From Opitutaceae bacterium (GTDB lineage: Bacteria > Verrucomicrobiota > Verrucomicrobiia > Opitutales > Coraliomargaritaceae), in assembly GCA_051252375.1 (NCBI GenBank), contig JBPOFY010000002.1:128001-192000 (forward strand): 64,000 nucleotides of DNA. The letters are read 5' to 3'. Under the pieces are notes generated by a model that was not told the origin of the DNA, searched no databases, and saw only the letters and a program-made list of their open reading frames with translations. The translations under genes were made by a program, and so were the position numbers. Shown in pieces: positions 9,616-20,127 of the stretch. Each line of letters begins with the position of its first letter. The stretch's first letter is position 1.

Positions 9616-11000
9616 AAGACATCATTTGCCCACACTGTAACAAAGCATTCAAGGTCGACGAAGCGGGCTACGCAGACATCCTCAAACAAGTCCGGGACAG
9701 TGATTTCGATAAACAGTTGCATGAGCGCCTCGAATTGGCTGAAAAGGAAAAGTTCAACGCGGTCGAACTCGCGAAAGAAAAAGCTGCCAACGAATCGCAG
9801 AAGACTGCCGCTGCCCAAGAAGCTGAAATCCAGCAACTGAAAGCCCAGCTAGATAAAGGCGAAGAAGCGCGCAAGCTTGCCGTGGCTCAGGCCCTGGCCG
9901 CAGTCGAAAAAGAACGCGACAAGCTAGCAAACGAACTGCATCAAGCGAAGCAAGACACCCAAGCCGCTTCGCAACTAGCAGAGTTGACGCGCAACAAGGA
10001 TCTTCAGGAAGCCGCAGCCAAGAAGGATGCCGAGATCCAAGCACTCAAGACCAAGCTGGAATCGAACGAGGTCAATCAGAAGCTCGCGATCAATGAAGCG
10101 GTCGGCATTGTTGAAAAGCAACGAGACGCATTTCAAAATAGTCTCAAGCAAGCGGAGCTACAGAAACAGCTGGCTGAAACGTCCCTCAAGGATAAATACG
10201 AGACCCAGATCAAAGACCGCGACGAAGCCATTGAGCGCCTCCGTGATATGAAAGCCAAGCTCTCCACCAAGATGGTCGGCGAAACACTGGAGCAACACTG
10301 CGAGACCGAGTTCAACCGCCTACGGGCGACCGCTTTCACTAAGGCCTATTTTGAAAAAGACAACGACGCCAAGAGCGGCAGCAAGGGCGATTACATCTTC
10401 CGCGATTCCGACGATGCTGGAAACGAAGTCGTTTCGATCATGTTCGAGATGAAGAACGAGAACGACACCACCGCGACCAAAAAGAAGAACGAAGACTTCC
10501 TCAAAGAACTCGATAAAGACCGCACTGAAAAAGGCTGCGAATACGCAGTGCTCGTCTCACTGCTAGAGCCCGAGAGCGAACTCTATAATTCCGGGATCGT
10601 CGATGTCTCCCACCGCTACCCGAAGATGTATATCATTCGGCCGCAGTTCTTTATCCCAATGATCACCCTACTACGCAACGCCGCGATGAATTCGATGGAA
10701 TACAAGGCCGAGCTCGCACTGGTTAAATCGCAGAGCATCGACGTCACCGAATTCGAAGAGAAATTAGAAACCTTCAAAAGTGGCTTCGCCAGAAACTACG
10801 ACCTAGCCGGCAAGAAGTTCCAGACCGCGATCGACGAAATCGACAAGTCGATCACCCACCTCCAAAAGACCAAAGACGCCCTCCTCGGCACCGACCGCAA
10901 CCTTCGCCTCGCCAACGACAAAGCACAGGACGTCACGATCAAAAAATTGACCCGAGGGAACCCCACCATGAAAGCCAAGTTCGACGAGCTGAACGACTAA
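9612..11000 (+). CDS. DUF2130 domain coiled-coil protein
   Basis: MKDIICPHC start (ATG 9612), long coiled coil, [31 protein letters not shown]. Confidence 0.85.
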   Translation: MKDIICPHCNKAFKVDEAGYADILKQVRDSDFDKQLHERLELAEKEKFNAVELAKEKAANESQKTAAAQEAEIQQLKAQLDKGEEARKLAVAQALAAVEKERDKLANELHQAKQDTQAASQLAELTRNKDLQEAAAKKDAEIQALKTKLESNEVNQKLAINEAVGIVEKQRDAFQNSLKQAELQKQLAETSLKDKYETQIKDRDEAIERLRDMKAKLSTKMVGETLEQHCETEFNRLRATAFTKAYFEKDNDAKSGSKGDYIFRDSDDAGNEVVSIMFEMKNENDTTATKKKNEDFLKELDKDRTEKGCEYAVLVSLLEPESELYNSGIVDVSHRYPKMYIIRPQFFIPMITLLRNAAMNSMEYKAELALVKSQSIDVTEFEEKLETFKSGFARNYDLAGKKFQTAIDEIDKSITHLQKTKDALLGTDRNLRLANDKAQDVTIKKLTRGNPTMKAKFDELND

Positions 11001-11069
11001 GTTTAAGCACCCTCAAAATGTGAGACTGTTGTAGGGACCGCAAATGCACTTTAATATGAGAAAAATCAG

Positions 11070-12584
11070 ATGCCAGTAGACGCACAAATATTCATCACAT
11101 CAGATTGGCACTTAGGAGGAACCCCAGATTCCACTAATAATCACGGCGATAAAACACTTGGCCAACAAATTTGTCGTTCAGCAGCTCAAATCACAGAATT
11201 CATCGATTGGGTGCGCTCCATCTCGGATGGTTTCGATGGCATTACAGAAATCGTCATCAATGGCGATATGGTTGATTTCTTAAGTCCAGATGATGAGTTT
11301 GAAGCACTGCCTTGGACATCTGATCAAGACTTAGTGATTAAGAAGCTAAATAAGATCATCGCGAACTCCCAAGACGGTAACAATCGTGGTCCTTTTGAGG
11401 CGCTTGCTGAGTTTCTAAACTCCCCTAAGTGCGAACTAACAATACTTCTAGGAAATCATGACGTAGAGCTTTCATTACCTAAGGTGCGTGCCCACTTACA
11501 CACAATCCTTCACGCTGATGGTAAAAATTATCGATTCTTCTACGATGGAGAAGCCTACACCCGTGGAAAACTCCTCGTAGAGCACGGAAATCGCTATGAT
11601 AAGTGGAATTCCTTAGATCATAATGGCTTGAGAGCAGAGAGGTCAAAATTGTCTCGTGGCTATGTAATTGACGAAGGTGAGCGAAAGCAGAATTTCTTCA
11701 AAGCTCCAGCGGGAACATTAATAGTGACTTGTGCAATTAATTCCTTACTGCCCGAATATCCATTTCTGAATCTACTCAAGCCAGAGACTGAAGCGGCTAT
11801 CCCCATACTGCATTTTTTAAAGCCTGAGCGCGCAGCTATCATTCGACGAATCTTAAGTCTGTATAAAGTGCCGATACGTGCGCGAAGAGCACAACTTAAT
11901 AACAATGGTGAACCTCAATCCCAAGGAAATCTGGGTGGCGCCACTACAGGACATGAGACATTAGAAACTATATTTGCAAAGCACTCATTGGATATCCCAT
12001 CGAATGCTGTTACGTCTGGCCCATTAGGCATCGCGACTACAATTAGTGATGGATATGCATGGCTAGCAAGCAAAGCTAAGGAGGTTCAGAATACAAGTAG
12101 TCTTCTAAGTCGGCATGCCTCATTAGCCCTCGCCCAATCAGACGACAAACGCTTAAGGTCTCTGCAACAATTCCTTACGCCACTTAAAGAAGATAATGCA
12201 TTTGCTCTCGAAATCGAGAAAGACGAGTATTTGAGCGCAGCGGAGAATCTAGTCGCGTCAGGAGACTTCGAAGTCGTTATTTTTGGACATACTCATTTGC
12301 CAAAAAAAATCGAATTGGCCGAAAACACAGGAATATATATCAACGCTGGAGCATGGGCTGACATTATGAGACTTCCAGACCTAGCATTGGAAGACACGAC
12401 GGCGGGACACCAGTGCTTGAAGGATTTCTTGGTGGATACCCAAAATGGCAATATTGAAAAATACATACATCGCTCTTTGGGTTACGCCGAAATCGTGATT
12501 AAGGGTTCGGATATCACGACTTCAGATCTTAGAAGTTTTTGCAAATCTAATCCACGTGGAGAACCTCTGGAGCAATATGAGTAG
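11070..12584 (+). CDS. Calcineurin-like metallophosphoesterase with a long central insertion
   Basis: All five MPE motifs present: SDWHLG, GDMVD, GNHD, VEHGN, FGHTH. Confidence 0.85.
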   Translation: MPVDAQIFITSDWHLGGTPDSTNNHGDKTLGQQICRSAAQITEFIDWVRSISDGFDGITEIVINGDMVDFLSPDDEFEALPWTSDQDLVIKKLNKIIANSQDGNNRGPFEALAEFLNSPKCELTILLGNHDVELSLPKVRAHLHTILHADGKNYRFFYDGEAYTRGKLLVEHGNRYDKWNSLDHNGLRAERSKLSRGYVIDEGERKQNFFKAPAGTLIVTCAINSLLPEYPFLNLLKPETEAAIPILHFLKPERAAIIRRILSLYKVPIRARRAQLNNNGEPQSQGNLGGATTGHETLETIFAKHSLDIPSNAVTSGPLGIATTISDGYAWLASKAKEVQNTSSLLSRHASLALAQSDDKRLRSLQQFLTPLKEDNAFALEIEKDEYLSAAENLVASGDFEVVIFGHTHLPKKIELAENTGIYINAGAWADIMRLPDLALEDTTAGHQCLKDFLVDTQNGNIEKYIHRSLGYAEIVIKGSDITTSDLRSFCKSNPRGEPLEQYE

Positions 12585-14304
12585 TGCAAAAATCACTGAG
12601 AACGGGGAGCTACGTGGAACTGCGTGGCTAATCGATCCAACACATGCAGTAACCGCAGCACATTGCGTGTCTCAAGGCATCGATGGTATTTACCAATTGA
12701 GTTTCCAGTCTTCTACAGGCTTTCATGAGCCTGTGGATGCCAAGGTTGTAAGTTATCGTGACACGCTTGACGGCGCTCTGCTTGAAATCCTTGGTGATAT
12801 GCCCGCCAACTTAACCGCTTTAGAAGTATGCTATCGCGGCTCTTCAGGAGCCCCATCGTGGCAAGCGGACGGATTTCCTCAGATTACCGAAGAATTAGTA
12901 AATTCTTTCAGGTTGGATGGAGCAATATCACTACTATCTACAACAAGGAGCTCGGGAGATCCTGTGATCCAGTTAAGTTGTAACCAGGCGGACAGACCAT
13001 ATAATGAGCTTACTGTTGAGGATGGCTCGGCAGCCTCATTTTTAATCGGAAGCTCAGGTTCAGCTATAATAGTTCCATCTCAAAATAATCGTGTAGTCGG
13101 CATCATAAGTTTTGCTCCAAAGGAAGTTGAAGGAACCACGATTTTCGCCACTCCAATCGATGCCCTATGGGAGCACTTTCAAGAACACTTACCTAATGTC
13201 ATACCTCATACCTGGCAGGGAGACTCGCATCTTTTCATTCGATCCAAAGAGGACTCTCCCGAAGAAGTTGAAACAAATCTGACAACAAACGACATCGATC
13301 GAATTTGGACTGTGGGTTCAGCCTTAAAGTTAGATTGCGACCTTTTCACACGCTCATCTCCATTTACTGAGTCAGCCTTGTTGCGTATTATGCTTCACTC
13401 CAAGGGCCATACCGATATTTCAACGGCTCAACTCCCATTGTTACAGCAAAAGCTTAACCGAGCAATGATCGATTGTATTCCGATCAGTCAACCCGTCTCC
13501 GTTCTCCTGAATACGAATACTGGAATAAATAATAGATCCGGGCATATCCATTCTGACGATTCCTTTGCTAAAGAAATCCATCGGCATTGTGACCGTTGGG
13601 TATTAGGAAAAATAGACAATGAGCTTAAGGGATTATTTCTAACTTCTACAGGCCAAACTGTGGAATTCGATGGCTATACAATTGCAGCGGACATTATTGA
13701 TTCCATGAAAAAAACATGGGAGAATTGGTATTCTGAACTGAATCAAGGAGACGGTTCGCTATTACATCACTTCCTAACTTTGATGTTAACACCACATTCA
13801 GATCATAATATTGATAATGATGTCGGCATCGGTGTCGGGCCACTCACAATTGACCGTTGCATCCTCACTTCGATGATTTTCAGCCTAGCATTAGTGCCAC
13901 TGATGGACGAAGTATTAACCCCCAAGCGGCCGGACTTTGGAAATCTAGGTAGCGAAACCTGGAATGGACACTCTTGTGGCATCGTAACATATCAAAACGC
14001 GAAATTGGATACCCACCTAGTCAACCATAAATGGCTAACTAAAATAATATTACTTTCAGGATTCGAACAAAGCGCAGAAGTCTTGATGACTGAAGTTTCT
14101 AGACTCGATACCTCAACATCATCTCAGTCTGTGTCATTAGATCAAACACCTCCATCATCGCTTATTATTCCGTGTGATAGAAAGATACGGATTGCTATTA
14201 GCCAAGGGGTCGAAGCTCTGACGTTATGCCTAAGAGAACGATTCAAAAAACATGACTTATCCCAGGTCGAATACATAGAAATGGCGAGCAATACCAATAT
14301 ATGA
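12577..14304 (+). CDS. lmuA: Trypsin-like serine protease fused to an ABC-three-component/Lamassu-type C-terminal domain (LmuA-like effector)
   Basis: Triad motifs TAAHC, LDGALLE, GSSGSAI in the N-terminal ~200 aa. ATG 12577 overlaps the MPE stop; precedes a small gene and an SMC-like ATPase. Confidence 0.7.
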   Translation: MSSAKITENGELRGTAWLIDPTHAVTAAHCVSQGIDGIYQLSFQSSTGFHEPVDAKVVSYRDTLDGALLEILGDMPANLTALEVCYRGSSGAPSWQADGFPQITEELVNSFRLDGAISLLSTTRSSGDPVIQLSCNQADRPYNELTVEDGSAASFLIGSSGSAIIVPSQNNRVVGIISFAPKEVEGTTIFATPIDALWEHFQEHLPNVIPHTWQGDSHLFIRSKEDSPEEVETNLTTNDIDRIWTVGSALKLDCDLFTRSSPFTESALLRIMLHSKGHTDISTAQLPLLQQKLNRAMIDCIPISQPVSVLLNTNTGINNRSGHIHSDDSFAKEIHRHCDRWVLGKIDNELKGLFLTSTGQTVEFDGYTIAADIIDSMKKTWENWYSELNQGDGSLLHHFLTLMLTPHSDHNIDNDVGIGVGPLTIDRCILTSMIFSLALVPLMDEVLTPKRPDFGNLGSETWNGHSCGIVTYQNAKLDTHLVNHKWLTKIILLSGFEQSAEVLMTEVSRLDTSTSSQSVSLDQTPPSSLIIPCDRKIRIAISQGVEALTLCLRERFKKHDLSQVEYIEMASNTNI

Positions 14305-14903
14305 AAGCAATAGATTTACTGATAAAACGAGTTTATGAAATTGGTCATTCGCGAAATTGGCAAGTGGATGAAACATCAAATCTCTTAGATATAAAACCGC
14401 ATGATACCGAAATCCCAGCTAAAATAATATCGATTGATCAATATACCTTAGTAATTGGAGAGTTAGCATCTAGAATAGATAATGTCATTGAAGACTGGTC
14501 GAAACTTCAAGGCTTTGCCGCTCAAGTAAGAACTCGGTTGACCCCATCAAGAAATGAGGACGTCCTGCTTTTTCTGGTCGGCCCAGAAATTGAAGATGAT
14601 GACTTTCCGGAATGGAAATCAAGGGCAACTCAAATTGAGAGAAATGATTTAGTCTGCAGAAAATTGGTATGGCTGCCAACGACACAAGAGAATACCGTAG
14701 AGACTTCGCTCGCATCATTTATTGAACGCACCTTCCTAAGTAAGCCATGGAGCATTACCACATCAACGAAACAGCCAGAATTAGACAAGCTCTCATCTTC
14801 GAATATCATCCCAAATACATGGAAAAAAATTCTTGAGGAAAATTCGATCACCCCAGACTACAGTATAATCGTTGAACAGTTAATCCAATCTTTTGAATCA
14901 TGA
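14301..14903 (+). CDS. lmuC: ABC-three-component middle component (LmuC-like)
   Basis: 200 aa with IERNDLVCRKLVWLP; ATGA overlaps with both neighbours; position between effector and ATPase. Confidence 0.65.
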   Translation: MKAIDLLIKRVYEIGHSRNWQVDETSNLLDIKPHDTEIPAKIISIDQYTLVIGELASRIDNVIEDWSKLQGFAAQVRTRLTPSRNEDVLLFLVGPEIEDDDFPEWKSRATQIERNDLVCRKLVWLPTTQENTVETSLASFIERTFLSKPWSITTSTKQPELDKLSSSNIIPNTWKKILEENSITPDYSIIVEQLIQSFES

Positions 14904-17900
14904 GTTCCTTATACCTAACAAAAGTGCGCATCTCAAACTTCCGGACATACGGAAAAAATTTTGAGTTTGAACTACCAAACACACCGGGACTTACAATTCT
15001 ATGCGGCATGAATGGACTGGGAAAGACTGGGTTCTTTGATGCAATGGAATGGGCACTTACCTCCAAAGTTGAACGCCTCGGTGCTTCAGACTCGGATAGA
15101 ATTTTAACTAGAGATGGAAGTGACGAGCCACATGGAGTTGATCTTTCGTGGGGAGATCTAAGAATAACAAGAGGTTTAGGAGAAGACACTTCAGGGGCTG
15201 ATATTGTTAACTTATTAAAATCTCCAACTTGGAACCCCAAGATAAACGAGATCGGTGCCTACTTAAAACTTACCCATCTTTTGCCTCAATCAGATACAGA
15301 GAGTTTCCTGAAATATGGTGAAAACAAACAGTGGGAATTATTAAAAGGTCCTGCTGGCGTGGATCAAGTCGAAGACATACGTAGATTGCTCAAAGGTCAA
15401 AAGCTTAGAAATAACTTCAATGCTAAGATAAGAGAGGTTGAGCAAAAAAAGGATCAGCTGATGATCAAAAAACAGCAATGGGAAACGATGCTAGAGGAGT
15501 TCGATAGGCTAAATGAATTAGCAACGATGAAAGCGGCATGCGACCCTAATCAATTAGAAGCAGAACTAGTTGAGATCTGCAAGGAAATCGAAGTCGCACA
15601 TGGCATCCAATTGCAGTTGGTTGATGATTTTAATCCTGCAATTAAAATACAGTATATTCGTGATCATATTGAAGAAAAGAAAAATCAAATACTCAAACAA
15701 GTAAGCCAACATCCAGTTGCACTTGAATTGTTGGAACAGTTCAACTCAGGCTCAGTGCGTAAAGCAGAATTGCAGCAGCGTGCTGAACGTATCCAGCTCA
15801 ACCATCATGCGTTAAATAAAGCATTAGAGAAAAAGCAGGAAACCCTGAGGAAAGCAGAAGAGATCCACCAGAAGTATCGCAAAGATTTTGAAAGTAAAAA
15901 AAGAGACTCTGCTTTGTTACTTAGTTTAATAGATGCTTGGGGCACCATTGATACCACGACTAGTCAATTAGAAGAACTTAAGAAGCAGTTAATCGTAGCC
16001 GAAAACGATTTAAACAGTATCAATAAAAAACAGCAGATACAGACACAATCACTCGAGAAATTTAAAAACCTAAAACAATCTGAGGATCAATTATTTAGTG
16101 ATCTTAAGTCTGTAGAAGAGAAACAAATTGCCTTCAATGAAGCAAGAAAAGAGATCGAGGAAGCACGTCAGTCTAAACAGCAAAATGTGATCTTAACAGA
16201 AAAGAAGATCAAGCTTACTAACACAAAGCAGAAAGCAGAAATAAATATCCTATTAAATGATGGAAAATTAAGAGGACTGAAAGACAAACTAAACTCCGAA
16301 CAAAAAAACGGAGATGCTATTAATAAAGCAGTTTCTATAATTGCTGAAAACTTAAACGAAGAAGATAACCTATGCCCAGTTTGTTTACATAAACACCCAG
16401 AAGGAGAGTTAACTCGTGCAATTCATCAAGCCTTGGAGCAAACGAATGTAGCCTCAAGTGAAACAATGAATAGCATCAAGTTGAATCAGAACATCCAATC
16501 CGAACTTAAGGAATCAATACAACTGACAACTGCAGAGTTAATCGAGATTGACAATCAGCTGAAGGCAATCGAACAAAAAGTAATTCGAGCAAACCAATTG
16601 TGCCAACCCTTCCACCTTGATGTATCTAGCCCTATTGAGGCTTTCTCTGAGCATTCAAAATATTTGAACAAGCAATTAGAGGAAAAAGAGGCAAAGCTCA
16701 GTAGCACCTCTCAACTGCTCACGCAAATGAAGCCAGCGGAAGATCTAGAAGCTGAAAAACTCGCACTAGAAGAACAACGAAGTCAGAAAACAAGACAGTC
16801 TGAATCAATACGTAAAAGTATAGATGAAAAGAATGCTATTCGAGAAAATGCTAAAGCCACACTGGCAACAAACAAAAGCCTATCGATTGATAACATCGAA
16901 ACTCTAAAGGACAAACGAGAAAAGCTTCTCACCCAAATTGCCGAAGTAAGTTCGCTACTCAACAACTCAGAAAAAGATAAAAACGACCTGCTCAATGAAG
17001 TTAAATCAACACTACAAGATATTGAACAAAATCATTTAGAGCTGAGCCAAAATGAAAAATCAAAAGAAGCTTCAATTGAACAAATCAATCAATCTAAAAA
17101 AACGCTACTTAAATTGGGCTATGCTGGCGAACCATCGACTGCATTACTGGATAAATTTCTCAATAGTTTAAAGTCTCAAGTCGGTAGCATTGAATCCTTC
17201 ATAGACCGATTAAAATCGATTGGAGATGCGTTTGCACTTTGGTCAGAGCAAAAACAACTATTAGTCTTAAAGAAAAGAATACAAGAGATGCTCAATGCGG
17301 ATAAGACAGCAAATATACAGGCATATACTCTAGGTCTAGACGCGAAAATTGCAGATTCAGAAAAAGAAATCGATCTCATACAGAAAACGATGGAACGCGT
17401 TGACACAACTGCGAACCAGTTGACTGAACTCTCACGTGAATTTGGAGAGAATGCATTAAATCCACTTAGCGAAAAAATCACACAGTTCCTAAGGATCATT
17501 TCACCATTTGATTATCGCTACAACATCGAACCACGAATTACTTCTGCACGCTCGAAGGTCAACACATCAATCGATTTCCCATGCGTCCACAATAATAGCA
17601 CAGTCACACGCGACATCGACACATGGCTAAGTGAAGGTCAAAAATCTATACTAGGCCTTGGAGTGCTTTTTGGAGCTAGCACAGTTTATAAATGGTCAAA
17701 ATGGAGAGCATTACTACTGGATGATCCACTACAACACACTGACCTGATTCATGTTAGTGCTTTTGCAGATGTAATACGTGGGCTCATTCGCGATGAATCG
17801 TATCAAATAATGCTCTCGACCCATAGCATCAGAGAAGCTGATTTCCTTGAACGAAAATGCGAAGCTTCTGGAATTCCTGTTAGGCGCATAACTCTGACAG

Positions 17901-17938
17901 GTTTAGGCCCCGAGGGCGTCCGGTATCGTGTGAGTTGA
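14900..17938 (+). CDS. lmuB: Rad50/SbcC-like SMC ABC-ATPase (LmuB-like sensor)
   Basis: Walker A GMNGLGKT, long coiled coils, central CPVC zinc hook, signature LSEGQ, Walker B LLLDD, STH switch. Confidence 0.8.
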   Translation: MSSLYLTKVRISNFRTYGKNFEFELPNTPGLTILCGMNGLGKTGFFDAMEWALTSKVERLGASDSDRILTRDGSDEPHGVDLSWGDLRITRGLGEDTSGADIVNLLKSPTWNPKINEIGAYLKLTHLLPQSDTESFLKYGENKQWELLKGPAGVDQVEDIRRLLKGQKLRNNFNAKIREVEQKKDQLMIKKQQWETMLEEFDRLNELATMKAACDPNQLEAELVEICKEIEVAHGIQLQLVDDFNPAIKIQYIRDHIEEKKNQILKQVSQHPVALELLEQFNSGSVRKAELQQRAERIQLNHHALNKALEKKQETLRKAEEIHQKYRKDFESKKRDSALLLSLIDAWGTIDTTTSQLEELKKQLIVAENDLNSINKKQQIQTQSLEKFKNLKQSEDQLFSDLKSVEEKQIAFNEARKEIEEARQSKQQNVILTEKKIKLTNTKQKAEINILLNDGKLRGLKDKLNSEQKNGDAINKAVSIIAENLNEEDNLCPVCLHKHPEGELTRAIHQALEQTNVASSETMNSIKLNQNIQSELKESIQLTTAELIEIDNQLKAIEQKVIRANQLCQPFHLDVSSPIEAFSEHSKYLNKQLEEKEAKLSSTSQLLTQMKPAEDLEAEKLALEEQRSQKTRQSESIRKSIDEKNAIRENAKATLATNKSLSIDNIETLKDKREKLLTQIAEVSSLLNNSEKDKNDLLNEVKSTLQDIEQNHLELSQNEKSKEASIEQINQSKKTLLKLGYAGEPSTALLDKFLNSLKSQVGSIESFIDRLKSIGDAFALWSEQKQLLVLKKRIQEMLNADKTANIQAYTLGLDAKIADSEKEIDLIQKTMERVDTTANQLTELSREFGENALNPLSEKITQFLRIISPFDYRYNIEPRITSARSKVNTSIDFPCVHNNSTVTRDIDTWLSEGQKSILGLGVLFGASTVYKWSKWRALLLDDPLQHTDLIHVSAFADVIRGLIRDESYQIMLSTHSIREADFLERKCEASGIPVRRITLTGLGPEGVRYRVS

Positions 17939-18043
17939 GGAATATATGTGCCTTATCTGATAATAACGAAGCAGGTTTGCTCCTTCTCGGCGAGAAATCC
18001 AATCTTCTGCTTAACCATTAATAAGTCGATATTCACCTAGCAT

Positions 18044-19477
18044 ATGTCTTTACTCTTCGCACCCTACTTTGACAAGAGTCCGACGCTGAAACTGCTACGG
18101 AGCCCAAGCGCGTGCTTTGTGCTGGGTTTCTTCTTCATGAGTTTTAAGGAGAATGGTCTAACGCAGATTCCTGAAGAAGATTTGGAAGCCCTACTCGACA
18201 AGCATTTGCAGGAAGCACGGACAGTCGACGTAGACGTGAGGCCGCGTGAGGCGAAATACTACTTAAACCAGTGGTGCGAAGATAGCCACCGTCTCTTGCA
18301 AAAGCGATTTGTCGAGGAGCAGAGTAGTTATGTCTACCAGTTAACTCAGCATAGTGAAAAGGCCTTGGCCTGGGTCGAAGATTTGCGCCGTGGCGATAGG
18401 CGTGGATACACCACCTCCGATTCTCGTTTTACGCGAATCGTTTCCGAACTACGACGCATCGAGCGCGACACCAATGCAGATCCTGAAGCGCGGCGCAAGG
18501 AACTGCTTAAAAAGCGAGACTCTATTGATGCGGAGCTCCAGCAATTAAGAGAAACCGGCAAGGTCGATACGCTCGACCCAACTGCAGTGAAAGATGCACT
18601 GCACGATCTGGAAACAGATATAGACGAATTCCTTAGCGACTTTCGGTCGATAGAAGAAACCTTCCGTGAGCAGGCGCGTGACATTCAGAATTTGCATCTA
18701 GAGCAGCAGCTATCTAAGGGCGATCTCGTCGAACATGTGCTAGACGCTGATGAGGCTTTACGCAACCGCGATCAAGGGCGGAGCTATTTTGGGTTTCGTG
18801 AGTCGATCACCTCCGTTGAAAATCGAGAGGAACTTTTAGCACTGGCAAAACGCGCCGCCGAACTGGCGCAAGCACATGAGTTAGATGCGCATATTTTCCA
18901 ACAACTGCCAAAGCGCCTATATGATGAAGTGTCGAGTGTTGCGGGAATCTATCGGCGTATCTCGGGTCAATTGCGACGCGTAGTGGAAGAGCAGTCTTCG
19001 CAGCAGACACGCTACCTAATGGAACTCCTCGGTGAAGTGCGCTCGTTAGCACATGGCTGTGGTGAATTGCCTACGGATATTGAGCTTCATCAATGGGAAG
19101 ATCCGCTTCGTTTTAATAATTTGATGGAGGTAGGTTACTGGGAGGCCTCCGAGACTACGCGCTTCGGAGAGATCACGGATGCAGCGACGGACGCGGCATC
19201 GCTTAAAGATGCCCTGGGCTGCATAGGCAAGCCCTTGGATTTGCCCAAATACCGAAAGCGTGTGACTGAAGTCCTGAAAGAACAGCCTCAGGTGAGCTTA
19301 CGCGAATTGGTCGAGCGCTATCCAGTCGAGTCGGGAATCGTCGATGTGGTCGCCTATGTCGCGGTCGCTGGCGAAGGTTCACAGAATGTATTTTATCCGG
19401 AAACAATGCGCATTGACCTAAATCGTGAGGTGCAACCCCGCTTTGCCGAACTTGAAAAAATCGTCTTTTTAAAATGA
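18044..19477 (+). CDS. jetA: Wadjet JetA (DUF3375)
   Basis: First gene of a four-gene overlapping operon before JetB/C/D; DQGRSYFGF segment; 477 aa. Confidence 0.8.
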   Translation: MSLLFAPYFDKSPTLKLLRSPSACFVLGFFFMSFKENGLTQIPEEDLEALLDKHLQEARTVDVDVRPREAKYYLNQWCEDSHRLLQKRFVEEQSSYVYQLTQHSEKALAWVEDLRRGDRRGYTTSDSRFTRIVSELRRIERDTNADPEARRKELLKKRDSIDAELQQLRETGKVDTLDPTAVKDALHDLETDIDEFLSDFRSIEETFREQARDIQNLHLEQQLSKGDLVEHVLDADEALRNRDQGRSYFGFRESITSVENREELLALAKRAAELAQAHELDAHIFQQLPKRLYDEVSSVAGIYRRISGQLRRVVEEQSSQQTRYLMELLGEVRSLAHGCGELPTDIELHQWEDPLRFNNLMEVGYWEASETTRFGEITDAATDAASLKDALGCIGKPLDLPKYRKRVTEVLKEQPQVSLRELVERYPVESGIVDVVAYVAVAGEGSQNVFYPETMRIDLNREVQPRFAELEKIVFLK

Positions 19478-20127
19478 ATTCACCTATCATCACAATTCGT
19501 CACGTCATCGTCCAACTCGTGCGTGGACCACTCTATCAGGAGGAGACCGACCTATGGGCTCGCTTGTTGCGGGATCGCCACCAAGTAGAAACTCATTTCC
19601 ATCTCATGGGTCTAAGTTTAGTGATGGATGAGGACGCAGGCTATGCCTTCCTTCGGAATGAATCCAACGAGGACGAGCAGGAGGAAACACAAGAGGACAA
19701 TAACAGTGAAGCCCCCCTGCCCCGTCTAATGCGGCGCACCCCATTGTCATTCCTCCCCACAGTGTTATTGACTGAGTTGCGGGAGCGTTTGCTCCGGCAC
19801 GACCAATCGACAGATGGCACAGATTACCTCTATCTTGAATTCGGAGACATTCTGGAATTCATGCGCCCCTATTGTGACGAAACGGGCAACGAGCAGAAGA
19901 CTGAGAAGAAGGTGAAAGCTGCAGTTTCACGACTGTCTGAGCTATCGGTGTTGCGCCATGTTCCGAATCGAAACGAAGTGATCTATCGTGTGCAGCCGAT
20001 CCTACGGGCGAAACTGCCCGTTGATCAGATCGAGTCAATCCGCAGCCGCTTGAAAGCACACCTTGGAAAGAATGATGGATCAACGGAAGCAGATACGGAT
20101 ATCAACGAGGAGAACGCAGACGCATGA
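19474..20127 (+). CDS. jetB: Wadjet JetB (DUF4194)
   Basis: GLSLVMDEDAGYAFLR and LPRLMRRTPLSF segments; ATGA overlaps. Confidence 0.85.
   Translation: MNSPIITIRHVIVQLVRGPLYQEETDLWARLLRDRHQVETHFHLMGLSLVMDEDAGYAFLRNESNEDEQEETQEDNNSEAPLPRLMRRTPLSFLPTVLLTELRERLLRHDQSTDGTDYLYLEFGDILEFMRPYCDETGNEQKTEKKVKAAVSRLSELSVLRHVPNRNEVIYRVQPILRAKLPVDQIESIRSRLKAHLGKNDGSTEADTDINEENADA

Noticed and set aside
11070..17938. Ordinary SbcCD/Mre11-Rad50 repair pair (MPE plus SMC)
   Set aside because: A protease and a middle component are interposed, the MPE has a long insertion, and the block is AT-rich inside a defence island.
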